64,000 bases of DNA from positions 127,535-191,534 of the forward strand of contig CASFOZ010000001.1 in the NCBI GenBank assembly GCA_949296455.1, read 5' to 3'. Positions 1 through 7,977 of this stretch are shown one piece after another; positions within the stretch are counted from its first letter, which is position 1, and the number at the start of each line of letters is the position of its first letter. Source of the DNA: an uncultured Eubacteriales bacterium. GTDB lineage: Bacteria; Bacillota; Clostridia; Christensenellales; CALVMC01. Under the pieces are notes generated by a model, which saw only the letters and a list, made by a program, of their open reading frames with translations, ran no database searches and had not been told where the DNA came from. Position numbers and translations under genes: made by a program.

Positions 1-1346
1 TCGAGAAGATTTCCTAAAACATCGGAAAGCTTTTGCTTATCTACTTCTTTTGCAAGCACCCACGGACGGGTTTCGTCGATATATTTGTTTGCCCTTGCTA
101 TAACCTTCCATACCTTGCTCAATGAATCGGAAACGAGCAGATTATCCATATCGGACTTAACTTCGTTATAAAGATTATTACAGCATTTTTTTAAATCCGC
201 AGAAAACTCGTCGTCCTTTTCAGAAACGCCGACAGTCTTTCCTTCGAAGTTCTGTTCGAGCATTGCAAGGGTTCTCGATACGAGATTTCCTAAATCGTTT
301 GCCAAATCGGAATTTATTTTTTTCAGAAACGCTTCGCTTGTGAACATTCCGTCCTGTCCGAAAGGTATTTCCCTTAAAAGATAATATCTTACTGCGTCCG
401 TCGAATACCTTTTGGTAAGTATAAAGGGGTCGACGACATTGCTTTTGCTTTTACTCATCTTATCCCCGCCCATAAGAAGCCAACCGTGTCCGTAAACCTT
501 TTTCGGAACAGGAAGGTCGAGCGCCATAAGCATAGCCGGCCATATTATACTGTGGAAACGGACAATTTCCTTGCCCATCATATGAATATCGCAAGGCCAG
601 AATTTCTTCATGAGTTTATCGTCGTCCGATAAATAGCCTAAACTTGTTATATAGTTTGTCAATGCGTCTATCCATACATAAATTGTGTACTTTTCGTCAA
701 AGGGAACCTTTATGCCCCAATCGAAATTGCTTCTTGTTACGCTTAAATCCTGAAGACCGGGAAGGAGAAAATTGTTGAGCATTTCGTTTCTTCTCGTTTT
801 CGGTTCGAGAAAATCGGTATCCCGAATAAGTTTAATGAGTTTATCGGTATACTTCGATAAACGGAAAAAATATCCTTCTTCCTTTATGTGAGTAACTTCT
901 CTTCCGCAGTCGGGACACTTTCCGTCTTTAAGCTGGGTTTTCGTCCAATATGTTTCGCACGGAACGCAATACATTCCTTCGTATTCGCCTTTGTAAATAT
1001 CCCCTTTGTCGTAGAGTTTCTGAAAGATTTTCTGTACGGCTTTTTCGTGTTCTTTATCGGTCGTCCTTATAAATTTATCGTAACTTATATTGAGAATTTT
1101 CCATAAATTCTTTAAATTGTTAACGGGTTCCTTTAAATAATTTTCGGGAGTCATATTCTGACTTTTTGCAATTTTTTCGATTTTCATTCCGTGCTCGTCG
1201 GTTCCCGTCTGATAAAAAACATTAAAGCCTTGAAGTCTTTTGAAGCGAGCGATAGCGTCGCACACGACGGTGGTATAGCATGTCCCTAAATGCCATTTTC
1301 CGCTCGGATAATAAATAGGTGTGGTAATATAAAAATTTTCTGCCAT
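1..1346 (-). CDS. metG: methionyl-tRNA synthetase, N-terminal part (3' end lies beyond the window edge)
   Basis: Reverse translation from the ATG at 1346 gives MAENFYITTPIYYPSGKWHLGTCYTTVVCDAIARFKRLQGFNVFYQTGTDEHGMKIE..., followed by a CVPCE...CPDCG zinc knuckle. This is the MetRS class I pattern. A GAGGTG RBS lies upstream. The gene is absent from the ORF track because it is open at the window edge. Confidence 0.9.
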   Translation of the reverse strand, partial: MAENFYITTPIYYPSGKWHLGTCYTTVVCDAIARFKRLQGFNVFYQTGTDEHGMKIEKIAKSQNMTPENYLKEPVNNLKNLWKILNISYDKFIRTTDKEHEKAVQKIFQKLYDKGDIYKGEYEGMYCVPCETYWTKTQLKDGKCPDCGREVTHIKEEGYFFRLSKYTDKLIKLIRDTDFLEPKTRRNEMLNNFLLPGLQDLSVTRSNFDWGIKVPFDEKYTIYVWIDALTNYITSLGYLSDDDKLMKKFWPCDIHMMGKEIVRFHSIIWPAMLMALDLPVPKKVYGHGWLLMGGDKMSKSKSNVVDPFILTKRYSTDAVRYYLLREIPFGQDGMFTSEAFLKKINSDLANDLGNLVSRTLAMLEQNFEGKTVGVSEKDDEFSADLKKCCNNLYNEVKSDMDNLLVSDSLSKVWKVIARANKYIDETRPWVLAKEVDKQKLSDVLGNLL

Positions 1347-1471
1347 AGTAACACCTCGTAAAGAATGAAAATAAAAAATTTTATTTCCGTCAATGATAAA
1401 GATTATACTATTTATATAAATATAAGTCAAATTTTTTAATAATCGCAGCGTTAGGCTAATATACTAAAATT

Positions 1472-2074
1472 ATGAATGTTGTATTTATAGTTCTTGTTAC
1501 GGCGTCTTTGATTATGCTCTGTACGGTATCGCCTGAAAGTGCGATAACGGTAATGCTTAACGGGGTAAGCGGCTCTATTCAGCTTGCCCTTAAACTTTGT
1601 GCAATTTACGCAGTATGGGTATCGGTGCTTTCGATTATGGAAAAAACAAATATGACGAACGGACTTTACAGATTGCTGAGACCGGTTTGCAAAAAACTTT
1701 TTAAAGGCGAAAGCGACAAGGCCTACGAATATATCTCAATGAATCTTGCGACAAATCTCCTCGGAATGGGCGGTGCGGCAACTCCTATGGGAATAAAAGC
1801 CGTGGAAGAAATGTCGAAAGGCAAAGACAAGGCAAGCGATAACCTTATACTTTTTACGGTAATAAACGCAACTTCCATACAGCTTCTCCCTATGACTATA
1901 ATATCGCTTAGGGCTGCGGCAGGCTCGTCTACCGCATCGGATATAATAATTCCGAGTCTTATCGCAACCGCATGTACTACCCTTATCGGCGGTCTTTTAT
2001 GTTTTGTTTTAAGGGGAATAAAAAGAAAAAATAAAAATAAACCGAACGAAAAACCGTTATACGATAAACATTAA
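1472..2074 (+). CDS. spmA: spore maturation protein A (nucleoside-recognition/Gate domain membrane protein)
   Basis: 200-aa polytopic membrane protein containing NLLGMGGAATPMGIKAVEEM. It is followed directly by an spmB-like gene. Confidence 0.8.
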   Translation: MNVVFIVLVTASLIMLCTVSPESAITVMLNGVSGSIQLALKLCAIYAVWVSVLSIMEKTNMTNGLYRLLRPVCKKLFKGESDKAYEYISMNLATNLLGMGGAATPMGIKAVEEMSKGKDKASDNLILFTVINATSIQLLPMTIISLRAAAGSSTASDIIIPSLIATACTTLIGGLLCFVLRGIKRKNKNKPNEKPLYDKH

Positions 2075-2160
2075 AACCCGATTAAAGTAAAGCCTTATAA
2101 ACCTTTAATAAATAAAGTCATTCAAACTTGTGATAAGTTTAAAATATAAAAGGGAATGGA

Positions 2161-2667
2161 ATGAGTAACTATATAGTCCCCGTATTAATTATCGGCGTAA
2201 TTATTTATGCCGTAATAAAAAAAGTCAATGTATACGATTCCTTCACCGAAGGAACTAAATCCGCTCTTATTCTCGTATTCAATATCTTTCCGTATATTGC
2301 GGTAATACTTATGTGCGTTGAACTTTTTAAGGTCAGCGGACTTGCTCAGATTACCGTAAAATGGTTAGAACCTTTTTTTACCTTTCTCGGAATGCCTTCG
2401 GAACTTGCGGAAATAGTACTTATAAAACCTTTAAGCGGGAACGGTTCCCTTGCCCTTCTCGAAGAAATTTTCAACGAATACGGTCCCGACAGTTACATAG
2501 CGCGCTGTGCGGCGGTAATAGTGGGCTCGTCGGAAACTCTGTTTTACATAACCGCCGTCTATTTCAGTACCGTTAAAATAAAAAAACTGCGCTACGCAAT
2601 TCCGGTCGCTTTATTTGCAAGTTTTGCGGGCGCACTAATCGCTTGTTTTATATGCAGATTCATTTAA
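2161..2667 (+). CDS. spmB: spore maturation protein B
   Basis: 168-aa membrane protein with an IKPLSGNGSLALLEE motif, paired with spmA. Confidence 0.8.
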   Translation: MSNYIVPVLIIGVIIYAVIKKVNVYDSFTEGTKSALILVFNIFPYIAVILMCVELFKVSGLAQITVKWLEPFFTFLGMPSELAEIVLIKPLSGNGSLALLEEIFNEYGPDSYIARCAAVIVGSSETLFYITAVYFSTVKIKKLRYAIPVALFASFAGALIACFICRFI

Positions 2668-2935
2668 ATAAAAATCCGTCTTAGATTTATCCGATTAATT
2701 TCTCTTAATAGTTTTTATTTCCGTATTTTAGATTTAAAAAATTTTTTTGTTTTTTAAATAGTCTTTAAATTCGATAATTTAAACACCTATATTTTTTCAT
2801 ACTTTAAAAAATTGCTTTTTTAATGTTTAAATGTTAAAATTACTTTAACCGAAATTTAAAAATTCAGATATATTTCATCTCTGCTTTTTCGATTTAGAAG
2901 TCTGAAACGGTACAAAATTTCGCAAGGAGAAAAAT

Positions 2936-3370
2936 TTGAACGATAAAAATTTCCCTTATATAAATCCGATAAGCGAAGAACAAGCGGAAGGCTTTAATCC
3001 CTTGGTTCTTGCATTCATCGGCGACAGCGTTCAGACTCTATATGTAAGAAGCAAACTCGCTCTTTCCTCAACTAAAAAAGCCGGCGCTCTGCATATTATG
3101 ACTTCCAAAGAAATAAACGCAGGGGCACAAGCGGAAAAATTAAAAAAAATATATCCTTTGCTTAACGAAAAAGAAATCGCTATTTTCAAGCGCACCCGTA
3201 ACAGCAAGGTAACAACTCCCGCAAAACACGCAAGCATAGCGGACTATAAAACCGCAAGCGGATACGAAGCCGTGCTCGGATATCTGTTTATTACAGGTCA
3301 GGAAGAAAGACTTTCATATCTTCTCGAAAATACGACAGAATTTAATGCGGAAAATAACGAGCAGCATTAA
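2936..3370 (+). CDS. mrnC: mini-ribonuclease III
   Basis: TTG start preceded by an AAGGAGA RBS. Contains LAFIGDSV...ASGYEAVLGYLF (RNase III-like signature) and lies in the conserved mrnC-rlmB-sigH neighbourhood. Confidence 0.8.
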   Translation: MNDKNFPYINPISEEQAEGFNPLVLAFIGDSVQTLYVRSKLALSSTKKAGALHIMTSKEINAGAQAEKLKKIYPLLNEKEIAIFKRTRNSKVTTPAKHASIADYKTASGYEAVLGYLFITGQEERLSYLLENTTEFNAENNEQH

Positions 3371-3513
3371 TTGTTATTAAATATAAAATGATTTTTAAAA
3401 CCTACCCGATTAAAAATCGGATTAATTAAAAACCAAAGAATTTTAACGATTTATTCTATGGCAAAGCATACACAAAATGCCACCCGAAAAACAAATCGTA
3501 AAGGAAGGAAAAA

Positions 3514-4236
3514 ATGGGACAGGTCAAACCGAAAGTAGAACTTTTAAGATACACAAGCGAGCCAGAAAAGGCTATTGCGCTTGCCGCAAAACTTTGTTAC
3601 TCGGACGCCGATATCGAAAAACTCAAACAAGGCGTCGACAGTTCGGATACCGAAAAATTTATATCGAATCTTCTTACATTCGGACATCTTTCCCCTATCG
3701 AACACGCAAGTTTCACTTTCGGAATAGAAGGGGTATCGAGAAGTTTTCTTGCTCAGGTTACAAGGCACAGAATAGCAAGTTTTTCGGTTAAATCCCAAAG
3801 ATATGTAAAAGAAGGCGACGAATTCAATTATGTTATCCCGCCCGAAATAGAAAAACTCGGAAAGGAAAAGAAGGAACTTTTTATCTCACAAATGGACACT
3901 ATGGCAAAATGGTATTCAGAGTGGATAAAGGAACTCGGAAATATGGGAGAGAAAAGCAACGAAGACGCAAGATTCGTTCTTCCAAACGCCGCCGAAACGA
4001 AAATGATTATAACAATGAACGCAAGAGAACTTATGCACTTTTTCAACTTGCGTTGCTGCTTCAGGGCTCAGTGGGAAATAAGAGAAGTCGCTTGGCAAAT
4101 GCTTAAACTTTGCGTGACAGTAGCTCCGGTTCTTTTTAAGAATGCAGGACCCGGTTGTCTTTCAGGTCCTTGTCCCGAAGGCAAAATGTGTTGCAAAAAA
4201 CAAGAAGAAGTCAAAAAATTAAGGGAAAAATTATGA
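3514..4236 (+). CDS. thyX: flavin-dependent thymidylate synthase
   Basis: ThyX motif RHRIASFSVKSQRY. AAGGAAGGA RBS upstream. Confidence 0.9.
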   Translation: MGQVKPKVELLRYTSEPEKAIALAAKLCYSDADIEKLKQGVDSSDTEKFISNLLTFGHLSPIEHASFTFGIEGVSRSFLAQVTRHRIASFSVKSQRYVKEGDEFNYVIPPEIEKLGKEKKELFISQMDTMAKWYSEWIKELGNMGEKSNEDARFVLPNAAETKMIITMNARELMHFFNLRCCFRAQWEIREVAWQMLKLCVTVAPVLFKNAGPGCLSGPCPEGKMCCKKQEEVKKLREKL

Positions 4237-4943
4237 TAGTAGCGGGGAAAAACTCAGTAAAAGAATGTATTAAAAGCAAAAGGGCTTTAAAGGTACATAT
4301 AATAAAAAACTCGTCCGATAAAGATTATAAGGAAATAGCAGAGCTTTGCAAAAACGCAAATATCAAGGTTTTTTACGAGGACAGAGAGGAACTCGACAGA
4401 CTTTCGCAAGGAATGAAACATCAAGGGGTAGTAGCAAAAACACCCGATTTTCAATACTGTGACGAAAAAGAAATAATCGACGATTGTAAAAACAAAGGCT
4501 TTATTCTTTTAATCGACGAAGTGAGCGACCCGCACAATTTCGGAAACATAATAAGAACCGCAGAGTGTGCAGGCTGTTGCGGAATAATCATACCGAAACA
4601 CAGAACATGCGAAGTTACCGAAACGGTTATTAAGGTTTCCGTCGGCGCATGCTTTCATGTAAAGATAGCAAAAACGGGAAACATTAACGATTTTATAAGA
4701 AAAATCAAGGACGAGTTTATAGAAGTTTACGCTCTCGATATGGACGGCGAAAATATTTATGGAACACACCTTGCGACAAGCTGCGCATTTATTATAGGTT
4801 CGGAAGGATTTGGGGTAAAAAAACTTACCGCATCGCTTGCCGACAAAAAACTTTCCATTCCGCAAAAGGGCTCGATTAACAGTCTTAACGCAGCAAACGC
4901 AGCAGCCGTCGCCATGTACGAGTATGTAAGACAGCACGAATAA
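4233..4943 (+). CDS. rlmB: 23S rRNA 2'-O-ribose methyltransferase, SpoU/TrmH family (RlmB/YacO-like)
   Basis: C-terminal SpoU fold motifs (FIIGSEGFGV, SLNAANAAAVAMYE). I chose the ATG at 4233, which overlaps the thyX stop as ATGA, rather than the track start at 4155 inside thyX. Confidence 0.8.
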   Translation: MIVAGKNSVKECIKSKRALKVHIIKNSSDKDYKEIAELCKNANIKVFYEDREELDRLSQGMKHQGVVAKTPDFQYCDEKEIIDDCKNKGFILLIDEVSDPHNFGNIIRTAECAGCCGIIIPKHRTCEVTETVIKVSVGACFHVKIAKTGNINDFIRKIKDEFIEVYALDMDGENIYGTHLATSCAFIIGSEGFGVKKLTASLADKKLSIPQKGSINSLNAANAAAVAMYEYVRQHE

Positions 4944-5085
4944 AATCAAAAATTTATCGTTTAGTAAACAGTTATATACTGAAAATTTAAACCGATTGGA
5001 TTTTAAAATTATTGAAACTATTTCATTCGAATTTTAAATTCAATCGTCTAAAGCACAGAATTTTGCTTGTGCAATTAATTGAAAC

Positions 5086-5673
5086 ATGGAAAAATTCGAA
5101 AAGAAAGATAATCTTAATACCCTTACGGACGAAGAACTTTGCAGTCTTTACCAAAAAGGAATAATAGAAGCCTTTCAGATAATATCGGAAAGGTACAGAC
5201 CTCTTTTGAAAAAGGTAATAAGACCATACTTTCTTGTCGGCGCAACGGACGAAGACCTTTTTCAGGAAGCCTTTATTACCCTTTATAAAACGGCTGTGAA
5301 TTTCAAGACGGAAAAAAACAAGTCTTTTAAATCCTACGCAATGACTTCGGTACGAAATAAAATCGTGGATACGATAAGAGAGTACAATAACTGCAAAAGT
5401 ATCCCCCTTAAATACTACACTTCGATAGAAAACGCAGAAGAAATACTCTCCTGCGCTCCCGAAGACCTTGTTATAGAAGAGGAGACGAGAAACGGACTTA
5501 TCGAAAAGATAAACAACATTTCTTCCCCGAAAGAAAAAAAGATAGTTGACTTATTTTTAAAAGGTCTCACCTATTCTGAAATTGCCGAAAAACTCGGCTT
5601 CAACATAAAAACCGTTTATAACTCGATTGCAAGAATAAAATTCAAACTTTCTGAAAACAATAAAAGAGCATGA
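5086..5673 (+). CDS. sigH: RNA polymerase sigma factor, SigH-like
   Basis: YFLVGATDEDLFQEAFITLYKTAVNFKTEKNKSFKSYA parallels B. subtilis SigH (YFLIGADREDIVQEGMIGLYKSIRDF...SFKAFA). C-terminal HTH (LTYSEIAEKLGFNIKTVYNSIARIK). It follows rlmB, as in Bacilli and Clostridia. Confidence 0.75.
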   Translation: MEKFEKKDNLNTLTDEELCSLYQKGIIEAFQIISERYRPLLKKVIRPYFLVGATDEDLFQEAFITLYKTAVNFKTEKNKSFKSYAMTSVRNKIVDTIREYNNCKSIPLKYYTSIENAEEILSCAPEDLVIEEETRNGLIEKINNISSPKEKKIVDLFLKGLTYSEIAEKLGFNIKTVYNSIARIKFKLSENNKRA

Positions 5674-5782
5674 TTGGATTTTAACGATATCTTTTTTTCC
5701 CTAAACATTGATAAAATCTTCGAGAACCGTTTTAATTTCAAATAAAATTTTTTATAAATTATCAAAAACAAAAACATTTATC

Positions 5783-6481
5783 TCAATCGAAATTGTCTTT
5801 TAAAATGCTTACCGCTCCGCTTGCTATGTATCTTGCAAGCGTTTTCTGATAATCTATGCTTATTAAATTTCTTTCGTCGTCGGCGTTTGACAGAAATCCG
5901 CACTCTATTATTATGGAAACATAATTTGTGCACTTTGTTATATAATAGTCGCCTTTTTGCGGGAAAAGACTTCTTCCTATTTCATTATCGTTTAAATGGG
6001 TGTTAAGTATTTCCTGCATAACGGTTGCCGCTTTTTCGCCTTTCAAGGTGTCATCGTAAAAAACCTGTATTCCCCTTCTTTCCGGACTTATCCATTTGTT
6101 TGCATGGATACTTATAACAAGGTCAGGCTTGCTTTTTAAAATTATATCACGCCTTGCTTCCATATCTCTTTTTTTGAATCCGCCGACAGCTTCTCCGTAA
6201 AGTCCGTCTTTGTTTTCTCTTGTCATAACGACTTTGATATTATTTTTTTCGAGTTCCCTTTTAAGGATTTTCGATACCGAAAGATTAATATCGCTTTCCT
6301 TTATACCTGTTCTTCCGACAACTCCGCCGTCAACTCCGCCGTGTCCTGCGTCAATTACGACCGTTCCTATTTTTTCTGCGGCGACGGCTGTTATGGTTCC
6401 GTAAATTCCGAGCGGCAAACTTATTAAAAACGCCAATATTAAAATCACGGCAATTATCTGTTTTTTGGTGATTATATACAC
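5783..6481 (-). CDS. cwlD: N-acetylmuramoyl-L-alanine amidase, germination-specific CwlD type
   Basis: N-terminal TM segment, then VVIDAGHGGVDGG...SIHANK amidase_3 motifs. I prefer the GTG at 6481, preceded by GGAGGGG, over the track start at 6514. Confidence 0.8.
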   Translation of the reverse strand: MYIITKKQIIAVILILAFLISLPLGIYGTITAVAAEKIGTVVIDAGHGGVDGGVVGRTGIKESDINLSVSKILKRELEKNNIKVVMTRENKDGLYGEAVGGFKKRDMEARRDIILKSKPDLVISIHANKWISPERRGIQVFYDDTLKGEKAATVMQEILNTHLNDNEIGRSLFPQKGDYYITKCTNYVSIIIECGFLSNADDERNLISIDYQKTLARYIASGAVSILKDNFD

Positions 6482-6506
6482 TTTTACCCCTCCGAAGGCC
6501 TTTAAT

Positions 6507-6654
6507 GTATCCACAAAGATAATCGATTAAAATTTCTTTTTTGTTTGTCGAAATATGAAAAATATTCGTTTTTTATGCAAAAAATGCATAAATAGTCCAC
6601 TTATCCACCGATTTGTTCACATTTTGTGGACAGTTTATTGAACATTGTGGACAA
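6507..6654. promoter_or_regulatory. cluster of six DnaA-box-like 9-mers
   Basis: Compared with TTATCCACA/TGTGGATAA: gTATCCACA 6507-6515, tAgTCCACt 6592-6600, TTATCCACc 6601-6609, TTgTtCACA 6613-6621, TGTGGAcAg 6625-6633, TGTGGAcAA 6646-6654. Confidence 0.6.
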
Positions 6655-6863
6655 GTTCGGCTTTTTGTTGATAAGTTTTGCATAAAAATTTTATCTTGTT
6701 TAAATTTTATTCTAAGAAGTTTTTTTTATGATAAAAACTTGAAATTTAAAATACAGAATTTAAAAAAATTTATTCGTTTTTTATTTGATTTTTCATTTCT
6801 GTTGTTAAAATTTTTCTTTTCCGCCTCGTTTTTTATTTTAAATACGATTGACTTTTAAAAATA

Positions 6864-6892
6864 TTGACAATCAAGATTTTTAAATATATAAT
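6864..6892 (+). promoter_or_regulatory. consensus sigma-A type promoter (TTGACA-17-TATAAT)
   Basis: TTGACA 6864-6869, 17-nt spacer, TATAAT 6887-6892. It lies about 185 nt upstream of the tRNA-Arg gene. Confidence 0.55.
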
Positions 6893-7077
6893 ATCTTTTG
6901 TTAAATCGTAAATCTTTGCGGTTTATTTTTAACCTTTAACCAAACGGGAATTGCCGTAATGTTAAAAGACTGTCGTGTTGAGACTGATTGAAATAATAAA
7001 ATCAATTAAGCACGGAAATTTAATCTTGAAATCAACCTATTTGTGTTAAAAGTCTGAAACAGATTAAAAGCGAATAT

Positions 7078-7154
7078 GCGCCCTTAGCTCAATTGGATAG
7101 AGCGTTGGTCTACGGAACCAAAGGTTGGGGGTTCGACTCCCTTAGGGCGCGCCA
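7078..7154 (+). tRNA. tRNA-Arg (anticodon ACG)
   Basis: 77-nt cloverleaf read by hand. Acceptor GCGCCCT/AGGGCGC, D arm GCTC-AATTGGATA-GAGC, anticodon arm TTGGT-CTACGGA-ACCAA, T arm GGGGG-TTCGACT-CCCTT, encoded CCA. Confidence 0.9.
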
Positions 7155-7186
7155 AAACGGTCAAACGGGTTTTGACCGTTTTTTGT
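7155..7186 (+). terminator. rho-independent terminator after the tRNA
   Basis: AAACGGTCAAA-cgggt-TTTGACCGTTT followed by a T-run. Confidence 0.8.
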
Positions 7187-7344
7187 TTTCCGCATATTTT
7201 TTCGATATTTTCAAACAAACAGCCGAAAAGTAACCGAATATTTTAATTTTAAAAATATAGCCTTTAAATATTTGCTTTCCGGCAGGCATTTCGTTGACTT
7301 TAAAAATATACGGGTTTAAAATATCGTAGTTATTCGGTGCGGAT

Positions 7345-7856
7345 ATGCTAACAACTATAATTATTTCGGTTATTGCTTGTTTTTCGGTTATTTTGCTTAT
7401 TCTGTTATGCCCTTCAATAAAAATCAAAGGGCACCATGGGAACTTATTCCTTTTGTGCTTTCAATGTTCGTTATAGTTCTTGCTCTTGACGAGAACGGCA
7501 TATGCTCGGCTCTTTCTCAAATTCTGAGCAACGGAGAAAGTGTAATAAACTACGGTATAAGCACATTTTTAATAAGCAATATAATAAACAACATACCGGC
7601 AAGCGTGTTTATGAATTCCATATTATCTTCTTTTGAAAATGTTCTGGAAGCCGAAGTTTTTGCGGCAATAATCGGCACGAATATAGGCGCTTTCCTGACG
7701 CCCGTAGGCGCCCTTGCCGGAATTATGTGGAGCGGAACACTTGCAAGAGCTGGAATAAAATTAAGTTTTTTAAGATTTGTGCTTATAGGTATTATAATTT
7801 CCATACCTACCCTTTTTGCGGCGCTTGGCGGACTTTACATAAGTATGTTATTCTGA
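7345..7856 (+). pseudogene. remnant of an ArsB/NhaD-family permease (N-terminal stub plus C-terminal third, out of frame)
   Basis: The ATG at 7345 encodes MLTTIIISVIACFSVILLILLCPSIKIKG... (permease-like first TM) and stops after 44 codons. Frame-3 ORF 7377-7856 encodes only the C-terminal 159 aa (APWELIPFVLSMFVIVLALDENG...GTNIGAFLTPVGALAGIMW). Full-length family members are about 400-430 aa. Confidence 0.45.
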
Positions 7857-7863
7857 AAAATAA

Positions 7864-7883
7864 AAGCAGGCTGAGCCTGCTTT
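7864..7883 (+). terminator. hairpin terminator (weak T-tract)
   Basis: AAGCAGGC-tga-GCCTGCTT, followed by TAATAG. Confidence 0.45.
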
Positions 7884-7977
7884 AATAGATTTTAATTTAC
7901 AGATTTTAATTTTAAAATAAAACTTATCGGATAAATATTTTTTATTCTAACAAAAATCATTCAGACGGTATTTAAAA

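Noticed and set aside
888-1106. Antisense shadow ORFs inside well-supported genes. Examples: 888-1106 in metG, 4509-4949 in rlmB, 9693-10160 in the SDR gene, 13856-14374 in the pseudoprotease gene, 20119-20682 in the LysM gene, 24197-24649, 31006-31458 in ftsH, 34931-35518 in cysS, 36949-37479 in rmuC, 52856-53470 in apgM, 57106-57729 and 56242-56640 in gyrA, 60408-60845 in gyrB.
   Set aside because: Each overlaps, on the opposite strand, a gene with clear family motifs. Their translations are low-complexity or Cys/Arg/Phe-rich with no motifs and no RBS.
4155-4232. Upstream extension of rlmB given in the ORF track (start at 4155).
   Set aside because: It would overlap the last 80 nt of thyX. 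The ATG at 4233, overlapping the thyX stop, gives a typical RlmB N-terminus (MIVAGKNSV...).
4994-5684. Identical 13-nt direct repeats GATTGGATTTTAA (4994-5006 and 5672-5684) bracketing sigH, which could suggest a cassette or insertion.
   Set aside because: A rough expectation for AT-rich 13-mers recurring within about 700 bp in a 64-kb AT-rich window is of order one or more. There are no flanking recombinase genes or inverted repeats, and sigH sits in its usual rlmB-sigH context.
6613-6858. 81-aa ORF in the track (MFTFCGQFIEHCGQ...).
   Set aside because: It lies in an AT-rich, homopolymer-rich intergenic tract and overlaps the DnaA-box cluster. It has no RBS and a low-complexity F/L/K-rich translation, so it is most likely non-coding.
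7161-7427. 88-aa minus-strand ORF next to the tRNA.
   Set aside because: It starts inside the permease remnant, runs through the tRNA terminator, and has no RBS or recognisable motif.
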